From NCBI GenBank assembly GCA_013265495.1, contig MU062470.1, positions 1,789,652-1,853,651 of the forward strand: DNA of 64,000 nt. The letters are read 5' to 3'. A program made the translations under genes and the position numbers. The notes beneath the pieces are model-generated. The model worked only from the letters and a program-made list of their open reading frames with translations, made no database searches and was not told where the DNA came from. Positions within the stretch are counted from its first letter, which is position 1, and each line of letters starts with the position of its first letter. The stretch comes from Vicugna vicugna (taxonomy: Eukaryota). This document shows, piece after piece, positions 60,831 through 64,000 of this stretch.

Positions 60831-63800
60831 GCACCTGGTCCCGAGCGCTTGCAGAAACACGAAGCCGGGGGTAGGGTGGAGGGGCGGGGGGACAGGGAGG
60901 CCCCCCCGAGACGGGGTGTCTGAGCGGAGCTCCGACGGAGGTGAAGGAAGAGAGGAGGAATGTCTGAAGGTGCAAACACAAAACCCAGACCTGCTGCCCC
61001 TCCCCTCCAAGACCTAACAGAGGACACGCCCATCTGGGGGCAGGAGCTCTATTTGCCTAAGTCTCTGCTAGTCTTTAAATAAACGTGGCGTCAAATCAGA
61101 GGAGCCCTTTAATGGATTAGACTGAGCGCAGCTGAGGGCAGACTCGGGACGTGATGAGAAGCAGACAGAGACGTCAGGCTTCTCGTCAGCCTCCTCAGAA
61201 TGTAGGTGACGGTTACTGCCTTCAACCACCAGTCGAGAGCGGACTGAGACAGTGCTCTCCTGTGCACCTTTCCTCAGGAGCTTCCTGAAGTATGTTCTCC
61301 ACCAAAATGAGGAGTGCACAGAAAGGAGGACGTGGGTCCTTGAATCAGGGACCCGACAGACCCGAGAGGCAAGGCAGGTCTCCAGGGAGGGGCTGTGCAT
61401 CAGCCTGGAGGCCGGCGGAGGACAGGGGGCAGAGGGCTCCAGCAAGAACGTTGCCAGGAAGAAAGTGGGACGGGCTCCTGTTGCAGCACCGAGAACACTC
61501 CTGGGGGAGAAAGCTAACTGGCCAAAGCAGCCACATCGGGAGCCCGTCTGGGCAGCTGCCTCACAAGCTGACCTCAGCTCCAGCAACTTCGCCTGGCGTC
61601 AGCCGCCCACCAGCAGAGTCACAGCCTCGATCTTGTTGTCACTCAGACCTGCTCCACCCCCAGAAGCTTCCTGCTGGAGGAGCCTCTCCCGACAGGAGTT
61701 GTCTTGACTGCCTCCTCCACACACGTCCACCCACGGAACCTGCTCTTCCTCCTCGTGAGGAGGTCCTGCTCCCGAGCCTGCCCGTCCTCCCCTCCCTGAC
61801 TCCCTCCTTTGACGGTGATCGCCTGCCTCCCTTCCCACTCAAAGGCAGACACTGCGTCAAAGACACGCTGAGTCCATCACAGCTGCCAAGGTGTCGAATC
61901 ATAATAGTAATGAAACTGACTTCGGAATTCAGGTGGTGCCACCTGTGTTATTTACATGCCTCACCATTTAGTGCCACACAAGGAACGCTGCGAGTACAAA
62001 TGAGCCGTGTTAGTGAAAGGATGTTGACCGCTAAGGTTATCCACCGAGAAGGGTTTTCACTGCAGAGGACGCGGGAAGGGGGCGACTAAGTGCCTGCTGG
62101 CTATTGAAGGGTCTCGGGAGTTGGCTGAAGACCATGACAAACCCCCAAAGACCCACCCAAACTAATGGCAGGAATTCCAGAAAGAAGGACGCGAGCGGAT
62201 TCCAACTGTGAATAGGACCAAACGCCAAAGAAAATGATCTGATGAAAGACACCGCAGCCGAAGCGCGTCTGGAGAGGCTGGCCCGCGCCGGCCGGATGCG
62301 GGCTGCTCCGCCTGAGGCAGAGCTGCCCCAGCTGGCACTCTCTCAAGCAGCAGAACTCCTCCTTCAGATTGAAACAAAAGCAAACCTCCAATGAAACCTG
62401 AGGGCAGGGGTCTGGGCCCACGAGCCAGTCCCACTGATCTTGGAGGAGGTTCTAAAGCCCCTCTTAGACCTGAGACATGGACGACAGTCTGAAAACGTCT
62501 GGCCTGAGGAAGTTAGCCTGCCCTCACCCACCTGCCTCAGCTGCATCGCAGGGGCTCCCGTTGTGCTTACAACCGCCGGCACCGGACCACATGGGCATGA
62601 GTGCAGGGCTACAGTAGCTACTAAATGATGGAACCTGCGGCGGCTTTCTAAGAAACTTCCTCAAATTCTTGTGTTTCAAAGTTACTGTGTGTTGTGCTTT
62701 AATTTTTTCTTAACTCCAGCATCCAGACACCCGAATTTCCGGATGCAGTGCCACCCTCTTCACATCCTTCCTAATTATTCACCCAGTCATTAAATGTCTG
62801 ATAAGTAATTAACGATACACACATATGCGGGTGTGTATACATATACGTATATATTATGATGGGCAATTGGGAAAGAAATTTGAATAAGGCGTCATCTCTG
62901 CCTCCCAAGAAGCCTGGAATCTAACCGAGATTAAACAGGTAGATGAGAAAGGGGCCCCGGATGTTGCGGGAGCCCAGAGAAAGGACACACAATTGGCCTG
63001 ATGACAGCGAGCCGAGGCCAAGGGACGGTTTCCAGGGAAATGACATTTGTCCAAATTTTGAAGGAAAAACAGGACTGAGATAAAATTAAGTGATTGGCTC
63101 GAGTGATGGTCAAAGTCCAGGACGTGAAAAACTGTCTTTTCCTCTTGTGTTTATCTGACAGCCTCAAACACATACAGCTACTGAAGTGGGGGACAGATGG
63201 GTAATTGCTCAGGTTGGGCAGAGTGACTGTGACGGGGCAGCACAAGGAAGATCCTGGTCCGTGTCCTGCCCGTGGTGGCAGCTACACTGTCTCTTCCTGT
63301 GCCAACATTCATAGAACTGTGTAGCCCCCCAAAGATCAAGCTTACTGAGTGCTCAGAAGTGTGAACTGCCCCTCAAAGGTCATAACCAACCGTCCCGAGG
63401 TCAACCGTTCAGCGCACTGGGGGAAAAACACGCCTTCATCAGCGGCTTCTCCCCGACACTTACCTGTCAGGTTTCCAACCTATTCGTTCTATCGTTAGTT
63501 TACAAAGTTTTACCACACTTAGTATTTATTCCTTTTTAACAGATCCCGAGGTAATGACGCATTAGAAAGTTTGAATCCCATTTAAAAATAAGATTGATAA
63601 ATTTTTATCTGTCTAAACCCTGTGTCATTTTGCAAAATAATATTATAAAATATACAGATTTTGAAGGGAATAATTATAAATACTACAAATTTCCTAGAAT
63701 TGTTACAGTTATTTATCAGTAATTTTCAAATGTAATCTCTTCGCTGAATATTTTTAATAAACCATATTACAGTTGTGAAAAAATAATTGGACTTCTTAGT

Positions 63801-64000
63801 ACCAGTAACAAATATTTTAAACTGAAAATTTCGAAAGATAACATTTAGAATCGCACGGACAGTGTCAGGCAGTCGGCTCTCATTATTTGCCGTGGTTCTG
63901 CTCCGTTCAGTCACCACAGACACCAGATCTCTTCTGGAGAAATGAAGGCTGAGTTTCCTGTGAGACTCTGGTCACACTTTCATCAATGGCTCAGAACATA

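Noticed and set aside
24000-64000. GJB6/GJB2 connexin exons or an endogenous viral ORF
   Set aside because: No connexin-like or viral-like ORF is in the track; in human GJB6 lies well over 100 kb beyond the CRYL1 3' end.
1-64000. CTCF boundary sites
   Set aside because: Manual scanning found only partial matches (e.g. ~19005, ~31372, ~38927, ~41908) with mismatches at near-invariant positions; a PWM scan is needed.

Overview
Mammalian genomic DNA, most likely camelid (alpaca/camel), judged from four Vic-1-type tRNA-derived SINEs and artiodactyl-type L1 3' ends. It is GC-rich and CpG-rich. The first ~24 kb hold the 3' half of CRYL1 (lambda-crystallin / L-gulonate 3-dehydrogenase) on the + strand: exons 4-8, aa 93-319 in human numbering, all introns GT-AG, reading frame intact, AATAAA at 23861. 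The remaining ~40 kb are intergenic (in human this region leads toward GJB6/GJB2, the DFNB1 locus) and consist of old L1/L2/MIR/MLT/MER fragments, young SINEs, tandem repeats and two assembly gaps. No other protein-coding gene, RNA gene, CRISPR array or viral ORF is supported, and I found no clearly novel biological system. The best leads are regulatory or evolutionary hypotheses: (1) an intragenic CpG island with a frame-compatible alternative first exon for CRYL1 exons 7-8; (2) a duplication-made four-half-site nuclear-receptor element; (3) a 91-bp duplicated E-box+TATA module; (4) a 118-bp-phased mosaic repeat; (5) strong A/T-to-G/C bias in one old L1 copy; (6) probable orthology to the human DFNB1 long-range enhancer interval. 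Repeat family names and boundaries come from recalled consensus sequences and are approximate.
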